A stretch of 64,000 bases of DNA from Eledone cirrhosa (GCA_964016885.1 OZ024740.1:141980001-142044000), one strand, 5' to 3'; positions 45,788 through 59,737 are shown, counted from the stretch's first letter. Numbers and translations are program-made. The notes: generated from the sequence alone by a model not told the origin.

Positions 45788-45943
45788 ACATCTTCGAAAT
45801 ACCTATAACGAATAAAATAGAGATGTACGAATAAAACCGTCTCTCTTAATTACTATACTAAAACTCCGGGTGAACAAAAATCGTTGAGTGCTTCACTTCT
45901 GATTGCCAGCAGATTTTTAATTTTTAATCAACCAACTTTCTTC

Positions 45944-46018
<75 letters not shown>

Positions 46019-47122
46019 AGTTGCATTTATCTTGCTTTATGTTCATACGAGTTATCACCAAATCACAACCAGTGACCTCAAGAGACAACAAGGTCCGTCA
46101 TGTTCAAGAAAGAAGATACATACACACACATGCATCTTTAGCTGTTTAGACTTGTGATGTACTTATATTGACAGAATCTTCCTTAGTATATGGGCAGTTC
46201 CCATTAGTACTATCTTTTGTATTTCTTCTATACGCGAGTTACCTGGGATTTGCGATAAGTAATCATTAGACCCCTTAGGTATCATTCCTAGAGCATCTAC
46301 GACCACTGGTATTGTTTTAGTTCTCAATTTCCACATTTTTCCAATTTCTATCTCCAGGTCCTTTTTCAAATGTTTTTATAGATATATTCTTGTCTATTGG
46401 AACGGACATATCAATTAGCAAGCATACCCTCTTTTTAAAGTCCTTCAGTATTATATCAGGTCTATTTGCATCTATTTTTCGGTCTGTTTGGATGCTAAAG
46501 TTCCATAAGATTGAGATGTGATCTTTTTCAAGTACGGGGGGTGGTTGATGCTCCCACCAATTATTTTGATGGGGCAGGTCAAAATGCTTACACATTAACC
46601 AATGATAGTATTGTGCAGCTCTGTCATGCCTGTTTAGGTATTCGGTTGGAGCTATAGGACTGCACATTGAAATTATATGATCAATGGTCTCTGGTTGTTT
46701 TTTACATACAGGGGATAATGGGTTGCATCCATTTTTTATTATGTTGGCCTGGTAATTTTTTGTTGGCAGACACTGATCTTGTGCTGAAATAATCAGTCCT
46801 TCAGTCTCCGATTTCAGTCCAGAGGATGCCAACAACTGATGGGTTAAAGTTTTGTCAACATCAGGATTGTCAGCTATTTCTGTTTTTTTTTTCTGTTCAG
46901 AGGCTTTTCTTGCCATTTCTTAGTCAGTTTCTGTAGCAGTTCTTTTTTTGCAGTTACTTTTACCTGCTTTGCTTGCTTTTTCTGTGTTTTTCATTTCAGC
47001 AGTAAATGGAACTTCTGAAATTTGTAGTTCATTGCTGTATCTTTGGTAATGGAGTATGATCTTTTGATGCTTTCGTGTTTCAAAACGAGTTTGATCATCC
47101 AATCATGTGATTCCCTTAAATA

Positions 47123-47926
47123 TCATAATCTATAAAGCTCAGTGTGTGGTCATACTCCTTCGTTATAGAAATCTACGATATAGAATTTCTTCAATTGAAA
47201 TTTACAATTCAGTATTCGAAATAGCTTCGATTGCGTCTTGACGCAGATAATTTTTTCAATTTCACCCACAATTACGCAAAAAATAGATAAAACTCAATAT
47301 TTTACGATTTTTCTCTCTCATTTAAACTGCTGAAATCTTTCTACTACCATTCAAAATCTATACAACTTCATACTTTCTGCTACTTTCTTTTTCCAAGCTT
47401 GATGGTGATACTGTCCGTTCACACCACTCCCTACTGTCTTAAATTTAGAAAACACATATCCTCTATGAGGTTACTAAACCTGCTAGAAACAGCAGCTAAC
47501 TCTCCCCCATATCACACCCCTCCCTACTGTCTTAAATTTAGAAAACATATCTTCTATGAGGTCACTAAACCTGCTAGAAACAGCAGCTAACTCTCGCCCA
47601 TATCACACCACTCCCTACTGTCTTAAATTTAGAAAACACACAGACAACCCTGCAGAACAACTCCATCGCAGCTCTGTTTTTCGGCTGGCATCGTCTACGC
47701 GCGTGTTGCGCAAGTACTGTGAAACAATAAATTTCAACACTTTTTTGCACAGAGATAATATCCATAGGTGAAACTACAATTGTCACTGCTGGCGCAGCTC
47801 ATGCTTCCAGGTCTGCAATTCATTCACCCAGTGCCTGGCAGACAAAAAAGTGCTGCCATAAAATAGGTGGTGCAACCTAACTTTGGTAACTTAGTGACCC
47901 CGAGGAACGCCGGGCTTTAATGCTAG
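47123..47926 (+). mobile_element. Non-autonomous Helitron inserted in the R4/Dong element
   Basis: A|TCATAATCTATAAAGC ... CCCGAGGAACGCCGGG hairpin ..CTAG|T; removing it rejoins the LINE sequence. Confidence 0.75.
47420..47640. repeat. ~92-bp tandem repeat, 2.4 units
   Basis: CACACCACTCCCTACTGTCTTAAATTTAGAAAACA recurs three times. Confidence 0.85.
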
Positions 47927-48506
47927 TGTAGGATAATCCAATTGTTGCAGTTTTCAACGCAATATCTAACTGGATTAACCCACGCCCTCCTTCTTTCCTA
48001 GGGATATATATTATATCTGTATCTGCCTTAGGGTGATGTATTCTGTGCATGGTTAGGAATTTTCTAATTTTTGTATCGAGCCTACGGATCTCTGTGCTTG
48101 ACCAGTTGATGACATTGTAACTGTAGGTTACTACTGGTATGGCAAGCGTGTTTATGGCATCGATCCTATTCCTTGCATTCAATTCCGTTCTTAAGATTGC
48201 TCTTACTCTGCGGTAACATTTCTTCCTTATCATTTCCCTCATTGTAGAGTGCTTGATTCCGTCTCCTTCACAAACACCTAGATATTTGTAACTTTCCTCT
48301 TGCTCAAGTTCTCTTATCACATTCCCCCGATCAAGATTAATGTCTGAACTTTTCAGCAACTTTCCTCTGGTTAACGTGGCTTTGGCGCAGGGTGTCATGA
48401 ATGATACAAAATCAAACATATGACTTGTCTCTAAAAACAGCTCAATATAGAATTCAGAGAATAAAATCGAGCCTTAATCATTATAAGAAAATGATTGAAA
48501 TATACT

Positions 48507-48744
48507 CATACACACATAAGTGTGCATTAAGACATATAAAAACTTAGAACTAGAGACAATCTACACTGAAAGTGAGACTACACAATTCGTTGAGTATCTT
48601 ATTAAATTTAATAAAAAATTTGATTAAATTTTTTTAAATTAAATTTAATAAGATACTCAACGAATTATGTAGTCTTACTTTCAGTGTAGATTGTCTCTAG
48701 TTCTAAGTTTTGATATGTCTTAATGCAAACTTATCTGTGTATGA
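48507..48744. repeat. ~105-bp-arm fold-back next to TA
   Basis: 48507-48611 is the reverse complement of 48640-48744; no HHR core seen. Confidence 0.8.
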
Positions 48745-49539
48745 ATATATATATATATAGGTGGTACAGTGAATTGATAGTGTTATGGGTGACTTTGAGT
48801 CAAACCTCTGCGAAACTCGCGTAACAAGTTGATACAAAATAAATATCTTTTATATGTATACAAAAATGATTCGTTTTTTTTCTACTATATATAGAAAATC
48901 TGAGTCCGGGTGGGGATGGCGGAAGGTGTGTGTGTATGTGTAGATATGTGTGGGTGTCAGTATGAGAGTCTGGGAGGAAACGAGTGTATATGAATGTAGG
49001 TTTTGGGGTGGAATATATGTCTGTGCGTGTATAGTCCCTGTATGGGTGTTGGTGTGTATGTGTGTGTGTATGTGTGTGTGTGTAGAGGTGGCCGGATGGG
49101 ATGAAAACGCGTCAAATCCGGCGGTGATATGAGTATATGTGTAGATATGCGCGTGCGTGTGTGTGGTTAAAAGAAAGGAATGCGTGGTGTGTCTATAGGT
49201 GATATGCGTTCGTGTAAGGTGCGCAAATGGTGCAAGTGTCTGTGTGTGTCTATGTTTCTGTATGGATGTTGGTTTGTGGATGTGTGGATGGTAAAAGTCC
49301 TAGGGTACAGGCTAGTGGTGATAGTAAAGGGAGGTGAAGGGAGAGAGAAAGGTGCAAGTGGGCAGTTGGTGAGATGGGGACGAGGTTAGTGCGTTAGTGG
49401 GGAGTGGGTAATATACACATATATATATATATATATACAGAGATGAGAGAGAGGAGGGAAACCATTCATTACATATATATGCATTATATTAATAAACCTT
49501 TGTTTGTACTGCCTCTCTGTTTTGTTCCCGTTCCATTTT

Positions 49540-49614
<75 letters not shown>

Positions 49615-50194
49615 GATTGAGCTATCTACTGGTGGTTCAGTGACTGCTCTACATACCAGTGATTGGCAGGAACAGCAAATTCAGTAAAGCATTTATATAC
49701 ACTGAGTGACTTTGAAAATGTGTCATGCTTTATTGTAGTTGTATACGTGGTTGTTGGTATGCAACACATACATGGTTTAGTTCCTGTAACTGGTTACCAC
49801 GTTTCCACCTCATAACTTCGCATGTATAAATCCTTCATTTAAATTTAAGTGTATCATAAAAAATCTCTTTTATGTACTGGACCTTCGTCGGTTTCAGCAA
49901 AAGTATTTCAGTTGATTTGATCAACGGAACAGCCTGCTCGTGAAATTAACGTGCAAGTAGCTTCCATAGACACGTGCACCTTTATACAGTTCTCATGGAG
50001 GTTCAATGTTATTCATAGTGTGTCAAGCTGGCTATTTGAATCACTAGTGAAAAAGTCATTTTTGACAACCGAGAGGACTAGTGAAGCGGGAAATAAAGTG
50101 TCTTGCACAAAGAAATATCGCCCCACCGTGAATCGAAATCCCAACATTACGATGGAGAGCCGAACAAATCCGCTAATCCACCATTTATATATAT

Positions 50195-51023
50195 ATAGTA
50201 ATAATAATAAAATTGAAGACTAAAATCCAGAGAGGGCTCGATAAGGAAAATATATATCAAATATATAAGAACCGAAGAGCGAATATTTATTAAAATAACA
50301 GATTAAAGTTTAAGCAAAGAATCGCTGCTTTCACCCTTAACGGGATCTTCTGAAACTAACAAAGTCAATCTGTAAACGCAGAACTGGATATTTCAAAAAA
50401 CGTTGCAACCGGAGGAAGACAGGAAGACGATACTTTGGTTCATGGTGACGTTCGCTGGCAAAGAATGGGAAAAAACGAATAATACGTCGGTGAAAAACAA
50501 TTACGTGCAAGGACAGAACCCCAAATTTGTCCTGCTTGTTGTCTGCTTTTCGTGGATTATCGAAATAAAAGGCACGCCAACGCAACCTTGAGCACTCTAC
50601 TGACTTATATTCATCATGCAGAAACAACATCTGAATATTTCTACAAAGAACATACCCGTACCAAGCAGGAAAACATACCTAAAACTCCTGATACAGAAAA
50701 CAGACGCGTTCATTAAAAGGTTGCGTTGGAGTGCCTTTTATTTCGATAATCCACGAAAAGCAGACAACAAGCAGGACAAATTTGGGGTTCTGTCCTTGCA
50801 CGTAATTGTTTTTCACCGACGTATTATTCGTTTTTTCCCGTTCTTTGCCAGCGAACGTCACCATGAACCAAAGTATCGTCTTCCTGTCTTCCTCCGGTTG
50901 CAACGTTTTTTGAAATATCCAGTTCTGCGTTTACAGATTGACTTTGTTAGTTTCAGAAGATCCCGTTAAGGGTGAAAGCAGCGATTCTTTGCTTAAACTT
51001 TAATCTGTTATATTAATAAATAA

Positions 51024-51025
<2 letters not shown>
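50195..51025. mobile_element. Fold-back, internally deleted Naiad derivative (ORF N-terminus fused to pLTR) with HHR
   Basis: ~300-bp arms 50285-50588/50718-51020; STKNIPVPSRKTYLKLLIQKTDAFIKRLRW resembles the start of the 27376 ORF; HHR 50934-51007 with CAGAAGA core. Confidence 0.85.
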
Positions 51026-51069
<44 letters not shown>

Positions 51070-51071
<2 letters not shown>

Positions 51072-51383
51072 TGTATTTTGCAATACACTGTATGCTTAAT
51101 TAAAAGCATTTCGAACACCTTACGCTATTGTTTTAGAGTAGTGACAGTCTCACTTACTTTAAATTTTCAGCAAACAGGAGAGATAAAGCTGACAGAGCTA
51201 TGTTTCGTACTGATTGGTACTTATCAAAGCCAAGTACTCCACCTGTTGTAAAGTAAGTGAGACTGTCACTACTCTAAACAATAGCGTAAGGTCTTCGAAA
51301 AATGCTTTTAATTAAGCATAGAGTGTATTACAAAATACACTATATTTACATTCATATATATATCGCTATTTCAGAGCCGCTAA

Positions 51384-51390
<7 letters not shown>
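51070..51390. mobile_element. Fold-back element of the 6863 family with minus-strand U3-A8 HHR
   Basis: Reverse complement reads TTGATAA-GTAC..GTAC-GAAA-CATAGCTCTG-TC-AGC (51165-51247). Confidence 0.8.
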
Positions 51391-51447
<57 letters not shown>

Positions 51448-51453
<6 letters not shown>

Positions 51454-51870
51454 TAACAGATTAAAGTTTAAGCAAAGAATCGGTGCTTTCACCCTTAACG
51501 GGATCTTCTGAAACTAACAAAGTCAATCTGTAAACGCAGAACTGGATATTTCAAAAAACGTTGCAATCGGAGGAAGACAGGAAGGCGATACTTTGGTTCG
51601 TTGAAACGTTCGCTGGCTAAGAACGGGAAAAAACGAATATAATACGTCATTAATAGGAGCGGTGAAAAACAATTACGCGTAAAGACAGAACCACGTTTAT
51701 GGTATAATAGAGGTCGTAGACTAATGTTCTCTTAGGTGGTGCATAGAGACGTTCTCTGGCAATGAAGGAAAAAAATGAAGATAATACATCATATGTGGAG
51801 CGTGGAGAACAATAGCACGCAAAGACAAAACCACGTAAATGGTATAGCAGTAGTCGTAGACTAAATTCAA
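51448..51870 (-). mobile_element. pLTR fragment of the 50195 family; further fragment at 52263-52430
   Basis: Near-identical to 50290-50520. Confidence 0.8.
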
Positions 51871-51877
51871 ACTGTTA

Positions 51878-51998
<121 letters not shown>

Positions 51999-52087
51999 TA
52001 ATAAATAAACAGAGAACAAAGCAGAAAAACTAAGAGGCAGTACAAATGATATTAGTATTAGTTTCACGCTTGTGAGTAGGGGTGGGG

Positions 52088-52122
<35 letters not shown>

Positions 52123-52206
52123 GTATCTAATGTATATTTACCTCTGGCACTTACATAGAGCACTTTTCACTCCTATGACTTTTTCAATTTTCAACGGAAA
52201 CTTCAA

Positions 52207-52268
<62 letters not shown>

Positions 52269-52457
52269 ATAATAATAAATGCGAAAACTAAAATCCGAAG
52301 AGCGCTCGATAAGGATAATATATATATAAAAATATATAAAACCATAGAGCAAATATTTATGAAAATAACAGATTAAAGTTTAAAGTTTAAGCAAAGAATC
52401 GCTGCTTTCACTCTTAACGCGATCTTCTGCAATTTCTACACCAATACATATTATTTT

Positions 52458-52654
52458 CATTTGATAATGCATAAAAATGCTAAAACCGGTAATAGACAAT
52501 TATTAAATATATAAATCAATAAATAAATGCCATTGTTAATTAATAAATAAATCAACTAATACCTTAACACTTCACACAAAGAAAAAAAGAGGGAAATAAA
52601 TAAAAAGGGAAAAACAAATATTTTTCTTCCTAATAATCGTCTTTTTCTCCCTGT

Positions 52655-52660
<6 letters not shown>
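52458..52660 (+). mobile_element. PLE-end fragment of the 4629 family
   Basis: Matches 5298-5520; TTGATAA at 52461. Confidence 0.75.
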
Positions 52661-52728
<68 letters not shown>

Positions 52729-53084
52729 AAGGAGAGACAATGTATAGCGGGTAAAAACACAAAATGATAGTATACGTAGAGGTTAGGAGCAAAAGGACGT
52801 TATTGGATATTTCTATGTATTGTTACGTTTTTATTAAGAGCGAAATGAAATTAAGACGAAAACAGCAGTTCTCAATAGATATATAATATGTATTGTAGCG
52901 GAAAACGCGACCATCTTTGCTAAGCTAGACATTTGACGCACGGCCAACTTGCACAGATTTTGAATTCACTAACCGTATCTAACGTCTAACACCAAATATA
53001 TAAGATAACAAATATTTGATTCTAGTAAGAATAAGTAAATAAATAAACAAAAATGCAGCACCAATATCAATAATAATAACACCG

Positions 53085-53140
<56 letters not shown>

Positions 53141-54245
53141 AATAATAATATTTATATTTTTAACGTAGGGAAATCAATACATATGACCACATCCTTATTT
53201 GGGGTAATGTGACGTTGGTTGTGTTTGTGTATGGGGGAACGATGTTTATTTTGAGTTCTGTATTACGATAACTTAGCAAACGGTTCACCTCTTTCACGTC
53301 TGGCTACTGATGAGAAAAGATAAGAGTTTAGCAGAGGACAATACATATCGGATATAAATAGAAAAGTAGAAAAAATTAAACACCCACGTAATACCATGAA
53401 TAAAGAAAGAAACCAACAGCCACGAATAATGTTTGAAAATAGACAAGACATATATGTTTGGTTTGACCAGTGAATCCTTGTGTCACGAATAGAGTCTAAT
53501 TTCAGAGAGACGTGTAAGTTTCGTGGTTAGGGTGTTTGGCTCTGGATCGTGCAGTCAAGAGTTCAAGTGGCGAACCTAGTGGTGCTCTGTGATTTTGAAC
53601 ATGAAATTGTATTTCACAATGCTCTAGCCAACTCAGCTGGCAAAAATGAGTTGTGCCTTTAATTCAAAGGACCAACCTAATGTTAAGATAAATTTCCCCG
53701 AAAACTACATGAAGAATACAATAACAGTAGATCCGTTAGTGGAATTCTCAGCCATTTTCACGCTAATTTCACAAGCAGCCTGTCCCATTAATCGTGTAAA
53801 CTAGATTATTCATCATCGGAAACAACGGAGGTTCAATAAACACATTTTCAGCGAAAAAAAAACTATAATTACTAAACAAATACCTATATTAATATCTCCA
53901 ATGCTGTCTTCTTTTGTAGTATTGCCAAAAGAAAGGTAGTGACCATGGCCCTTTTCAGAAACCTCTAAAACTGGCGATAGGGACGGAAGAAGGGGATAGG
54001 AGCATACCCACAAACCGGAGACGTGGTCTAAATGCTTGCGAAATAGATGAGTCTTCTAAAGTTACTCAGCACCCAAATAGTGTTGTTAAATCTGGTAACC
54101 GATAAAGTCTACAACTCAAATTGGCTAGGACGGGAGTTCAACTCAGAACACAAAGAACGAGAACAAATAACGCAAGGTATCCTATCCGACGTTCTACCCA
54201 CTTTGTTAGTCGTCTACTCTAGACTGATATTATTTCTATCGACTC

Positions 54246-54438
54246 AAGGGCGGTGGATTGGCAGTATCGGTAGAGCGTCGGACGCCATGCTTAGGCGCAT
54301 AGAGTTACAGCCCTTGCCATTCAGAGTACAAATCCCGCCGAGGTTAACTTTGCCTTTCATCCTTATGGGGTCGATAAAATAAAGTACCAGTAATAGACTG
54401 GAAATTGCTGGCCTTGTGCCCAAAGTAGAAACAATTAT
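54246..54438 (+). mobile_element. S1 SINE
   Basis: A/B boxes; TSD ATTATTTCTATCGACTC (54229-54245/54434-54450). Confidence 0.9.
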
Positions 54439-54538
54439 TTCTATCGACTCTAGAAGAATAACAAACAAAGTTAATCCCATTTCATTTCTTTGTTTCTTTC
54501 TCTTTTTTTCTTTTGGCTCTTTCTCTCTATTTTTCCTG

Positions 54539-54570
<32 letters not shown>

Positions 54571-54593
54571 TCTCATACATATATATAACCACA

Positions 54594-54714
<121 letters not shown>

Positions 54715-55059
54715 ATCTATCTATTTATATATTTATCTTTCTACTTTCTGTGTCATCCATAATTTTCCAATCGATTCATCAAATCCTAACAATTTCGACA
54801 TAAGAAGCAATAATAATTACCACCTACGTATTAAAGTTCCTAAATGTTTTGCAGCAGAGCTTGCGAAATATGATATATTAGGTATAACAATGTTTTCAAA
54901 CATAAACTAAATTCCCACATTTAAAATATCAGGAAATCGAGTAAAATCTTGTTGAATTTTGATAATTACGTAATTAATAAAACTTAAGTGAAAAACCAAC
55001 AAATGCGTGTTTTAATTGGCTGCATTATCCTCCAAATGTATAGTAATATTTGTTTCAGC

Positions 55060-55720
55060 ACACGATTTCACATCAAAAATATACATACTTCGATACAACT
55101 AAATATTTGGATGAATTAGTTAATGACACCTATGTTAAACTTCTATTCAATATCACTTAAACTTACAGAAAATCTCATTTGCGTGCGTGTTAAGATATTA
55201 ATAACAAAGCTAAGAGCATATCTACTATATTAAGGTTAGATAATTTGGCTGATTATTTAGCCAAGTGTGAAACTTACGTAACCTTAAAGAACCATAATAA
55301 ACAACTTACTTTCTAATTCAAAGTACTGATTAATTAATTCTGATAATACTGTAATGAAATTAGAGCATCCATTAACCGTATTTTAAACAATATAAATCTC
55401 AATATTAGGAGAGTTAACAGCCTTCTTCATGAAACAATACTAATGTGGTAGTTAGATGGTTCAATAGCATTAGTAACAAAAGAAGTGATATGTTTACTCA
55501 ATTAGTCATTGTTAAATTTTATCTAAAATTCACCCTTATCAGTTCTTTCAGATTTGTTAAGGAGTGTCAGTGAGATGAAAAATCTTTATGCATAGCAAAA
55601 ACATTATTCTTTGACAAAGTGTGTACCTTGTAGAATATTTTTAATGATGATTTTGCTCTATAAATAGGTTCATTTAAAAGTGCTAAATTTGGGAAATATT
55701 GGACCATTATATTTTAGACA
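55060..55720 (+). pseudogene. Highly decayed Naiad-type RT remnant
   Basis: Y.TLKNH, WFNSISNK..FTQL.I.KFY. Confidence 0.45.
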
Positions 55721-56602
55721 GTCTAAATACTAAATAAAAAATATAACATAAGATAAGGAGGGGATGAGTTAGCTCTCTTATTGAACGTTAATTAATAGAA
55801 ATACGATTAATGTTAGATAGTTACATTACTAATATAGAACAGTTATTGTATAAAATAGACTAATAATTATTATAATCAGCCTAATTATTTAGCCTTAATC
55901 TAGTAATTTGGGTCGGTCCACCTATTTATATAGAATTATAACAAAATATTATAATGGGATAACGTATGGTACATTTAGGAGTGTATGAAATTAAGAAAAG
56001 AGAAGATTCTCAGCTCTTTCCAGTTAGATATGGAAGCTGGAGAGTAAAGGAATTGAAAGCTTCAAAATTAATAGGGAAATTTAGGATTATGGTAGCATAA
56101 CTATATAGTAACCACTGTATTATGGAGATATTCTTGAACTCAACCAACTATCTGATCAAAAACATTCATAAGCCACGCGATTTGACACCACTACTTGCAT
56201 TACGAGAAGCCAGTTGTACATTATTGTGGAATGGGAGATCACTATTTCCAACTATACTACCAAGTTATGATTATAATTTACAAGCTAGTTATCTTAGTTA
56301 CCCTTGAGCATGGTCTACAGAATTTGACATGAAGAAAAAGAGAGAATTTATTATATAATTAACCTGTACAGTTACTCGTTACAAATTTCCGGTTGTTATT
56401 TTTTGTTTCTTTTTCTGGATCGATATATCAATTTCTCTGTATAAATATTTATATAAACACCGATTCTGTATCGAAGCAAGTGCAATTTACTTGTGGAGTG
56501 AAAGCGTCTGGGAGAAATATGAACATCACAAATTCCTACTACATATTCATGTATTTATGGGTTTGTTCAGACGTGGAAAACCTTTTATTATTTTCATAGA
56601 AG

Positions 56603-56800
56603 AGCGTTGGATTGGCAGCATCGCGGTAGAGCGTCAGACACCATGCTTTGTAGCACAGAGTTAGGGCCCTTTACGGTCTGAGTTCAAATCCCGCTGAGGT
56701 TAACTTTGCCTTTCATCCTTACTGGATCGATAAAATAAAGCACCAGTAATACACTGAGGTAATTGCAGGCCTTGTGCCTAAAGTAGAAACAATTATTATT
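56603..56800 (+). mobile_element. S1 SINE
   Basis: A/B boxes, body, ATT tail. Confidence 0.88.
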
Positions 56801-57403
56801 ATCGAATAGACGGGCCTTCCTTTTACGAGTTCACTTGACATGCTAAAAATGCCCATCAAATCTGCCTACCAAATAAGGCCATACAGTCATAAATTAAGTT
56901 CCTGCGCAGTCAATCGTTGGGGTGCCACTCAAGATATTTTTGCAGTCAGCAATCGCTACTGGTCCCTATCCTATATCATGCTCAGATAGGTCGTGGTGTT
57001 GTGACCTTCCCATTCCTTGCTGTTGTCAGGCCAGGTTTTTTTCTTTTTGTCTGTCGCTTCTTCTCTTTCCTTCAACTGTGCCCTGAAAAGTATCTTGAAC
57101 ATTGCCGTTTCCTCTATGACTGAATAGTAAACAAATATATAATTATTACAACTAATACTGGCCGATTTCCAGTTGGTAGTCGGTCAGTTGATAAACATGA
57201 CTATAACTGTCTAGCTAATGTCCTGGACAGGCTGACCACTCTGTGTTCCGAATCTAAATATAGATATTATCGACTGACCATCCATGTTTTATGCAACTTC
57301 CATTATTATCCAGCTTTTAACACAGACACTCAGAAACCCACTCCTACGCACTCCCAACATCTCGTGCCATTTAATTTAAAACAATTAACACACACACACA
57401 CAT

Positions 57404-57439
<36 letters not shown>

Positions 57440-57440
<1 letters not shown>

Positions 57441-57568
57441 AGTTTATCCCGGGTTCAATCGGGGGTAACCAAAGTAAATAAGTTATTGAATACATAGCAG
57501 AGTGTAAATATTTAATATAGAAATGGCTTCTACAGGACTAGAACTGTTTCATTCGGGAGAAATCGTCA
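57440..57568 (-). mobile_element. PLE-end/HHR fragment of the 6657 family abutting the Tx1 element
   Basis: Reverse complement of 6716-6850. Confidence 0.75.
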
Positions 57569-59635
57569 TGAAGTGATACTTAAAGAAGAGGATAAGTTGT
57601 TGTCCGGAGAGAAAGGTGTTTGCCCTCAGTCCTTTTAACCTCGTCCACCATATTACCTCTTTCGCCATAGCCACCAGACAGAGGAAAACCGCCTCTCCTT
57701 TATTCTTAAATGAAGACGGCGGGGTGATCCTCACGATGGACTCGGCTGACAACTGGATGCGTCCCACAGCAGCTGTTCGACATAATTCCACAGGTCGGTC
57801 ACCCCTGGGCACTGAACAATTGCGTGCAGAACGGTTTCGATGTCCTGCTCGCATCTTGGACAGGTCCTTTTGGCAGGATCTCTGCCAGGGCGTCCGTGCC
57901 TGTAGATTTTGTCTCGAACTGGTAGAGCTCCTCGGTAGCACTGCCAGGCCAGAGACCTCTGGAAGTTATCCATAGGCCCTGGACGGAAAGTTCTCCCGAA
58001 CAGCCAGGTCAGTTCGTCCTCGATGCCTAGAGTTTCCCCGAGAACGTCGTCGCACTTATCCTAAACTAATCCCCTATAGAATGTCGTAGTGGAGTCTCCG
58101 CTGATTGCCGTTTCCGCTTGGTAGAGGGCTGTGAGCGCCTGTAGCCACTCGAGATGCCAGGCACCCATTTTCGGTCTTCGCTTGAACCAGGACTGCAGCT
58201 CTGTTAGTGAGACGAGTTGTGGAAGAGCTTGTCTCACAAACGACAGCCACACCGGTTCGCCGGTCAGGAATACCTGGAGATGGCGTAGCCTCAGCGCATG
58301 TTTGCACATCATCAGCCACGGCATGCCCAGCCCTCCGTTAGAAGGGTGTTGACAGCAGATGGATCTCCTCACCAATGGAGCCTGTTTCTTCCAGAGGAGC
58401 TTGAAGAGTAGGCGTTCCATTTTGGTAAGGTATTCGCGCGGGCAACGCACGACTGTGAAGCGGTAGTAGATGACGGACGCTATGTAAGTGCTCGCCACCT
58501 CCGCTCGACCTTTGAAGTAGAGTTTGTACTCAGTCCACTTCTGGGTGAGTTCAAATACCTTCGCCGTGACCTCGTTCCAGTTCTTGTCCACCTGGAGGTC
58601 TAGACCGAACCAGACCCCGAGCAATTTCACCGGCCTTCCGTCCAGCGTCCAACACTGTCGGAAGCATGGGTTTGCCTCTCCATGTGCCGAGTTGCAAACC
58701 GACAGACTTGTTTGGGTTTAGTCTTGCTCCTGTCAACGTTTCGTATTCCTGTAATAGGTTGCCGATTAACCTGATTTCCGAGGTTTTCGACACCATTACG
58801 GTTATGTCGTCGGCATAAGCCGACGCTGCTTTCCACAGTCCTGGTTCGATCGGGATGGCCTGCAACAGCTCCAACTTCCGCAGTAACGGCTCGAGAGTCA
58901 GTACATACAGAATGGAGGAGAGAGGGCATCCCTGACGGATGGAACGCATGATTTGAAATGGCTCTGATAGGTAGCCATTCACCTTGACTGCCGAGCAGAT
59001 GCTGGTGTGCATGGCAGCGATCCAGCCTCTGAAGACGGGACCGAAGCCGGCCGCCTTGAGAACTGCTTCCAAGTATTGATGATCGACCCTATCAAATGCC
59101 TTAGACTGATCTAAATTGATCAGAGCCCCACCGAAGCCAAGTTTACACCCTACCCTCTCTATGATGTATCGTATGAGGTGGAGGTTGTCGTGTATAGACC
59201 TGGTCGGGATTGTACACGTTTGAGCTTCCCCTACCAGGTTCTCGACGACAAGCGCCAGCCTTGCTGCTAACACCTTAGCCAAAATCTTTAACTCTGTGTT
59301 GAGCAGAGTTATGGGCCTGAAATTGCTTATCTCATCCCCCTTGTTCTCATCTTTCCTGATCAGCGTTACTACGCCTTTGCCTACAGAACTGGGAATCCAC
59401 CGGTTCTGCTGTCTGTTGCAGTAGACCGCTTCAAGGACGCCAGAGAACAAGTCTGGCATGCCTATGTAAAACTCATATGGCAGACCATCTAAACCGGGTG
59501 ATTTGGGTTTCTCGCAGCGGCCTAGGGCATTTTCTATTTCTCCCGCTGTGATCGACCTTTCGCAGCTCTCCGCATCCGTGCTCGAGATTCGCGGTACGCC
59601 GTCGAGGTAGGAGCTGAAGTCCATCTCCTCGCTCG
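57564..59635 (-). pseudogene. L1/Tx1-clade LINE ORF2 fragment (RT + zf-RVT) with frameshifts
   Basis: KSPGLDG, NFRPITLLN, LDQSKAFD, IRQGCPLS, AYADD, KLLGVWF, CPRC..H; same family as 35772. Confidence 0.93.
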
Positions 59636-59653
59636 ATAGAGAGTTAGATAGAA

Positions 59654-59737
<84 letters not shown>

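Larger units (their letters stand above)
45980..48390 (-). pseudogene. R4/Dong-type LINE (RT C-terminus, CCHC, REL endonuclease), frameshifted and split by a Helitron; (TAA)n tail
   Basis: YKYLG, RKEGGRGL, SSGLKSETEG, ETIDHIISMC, NRPDII..IDMSVP. Confidence 0.88.

Noticed and set aside
47420-47640. CRISPR-like array
   Set aside because: The intervening segments are repeated too, so it is an ordinary tandem repeat; eukaryotic context, no cas genes
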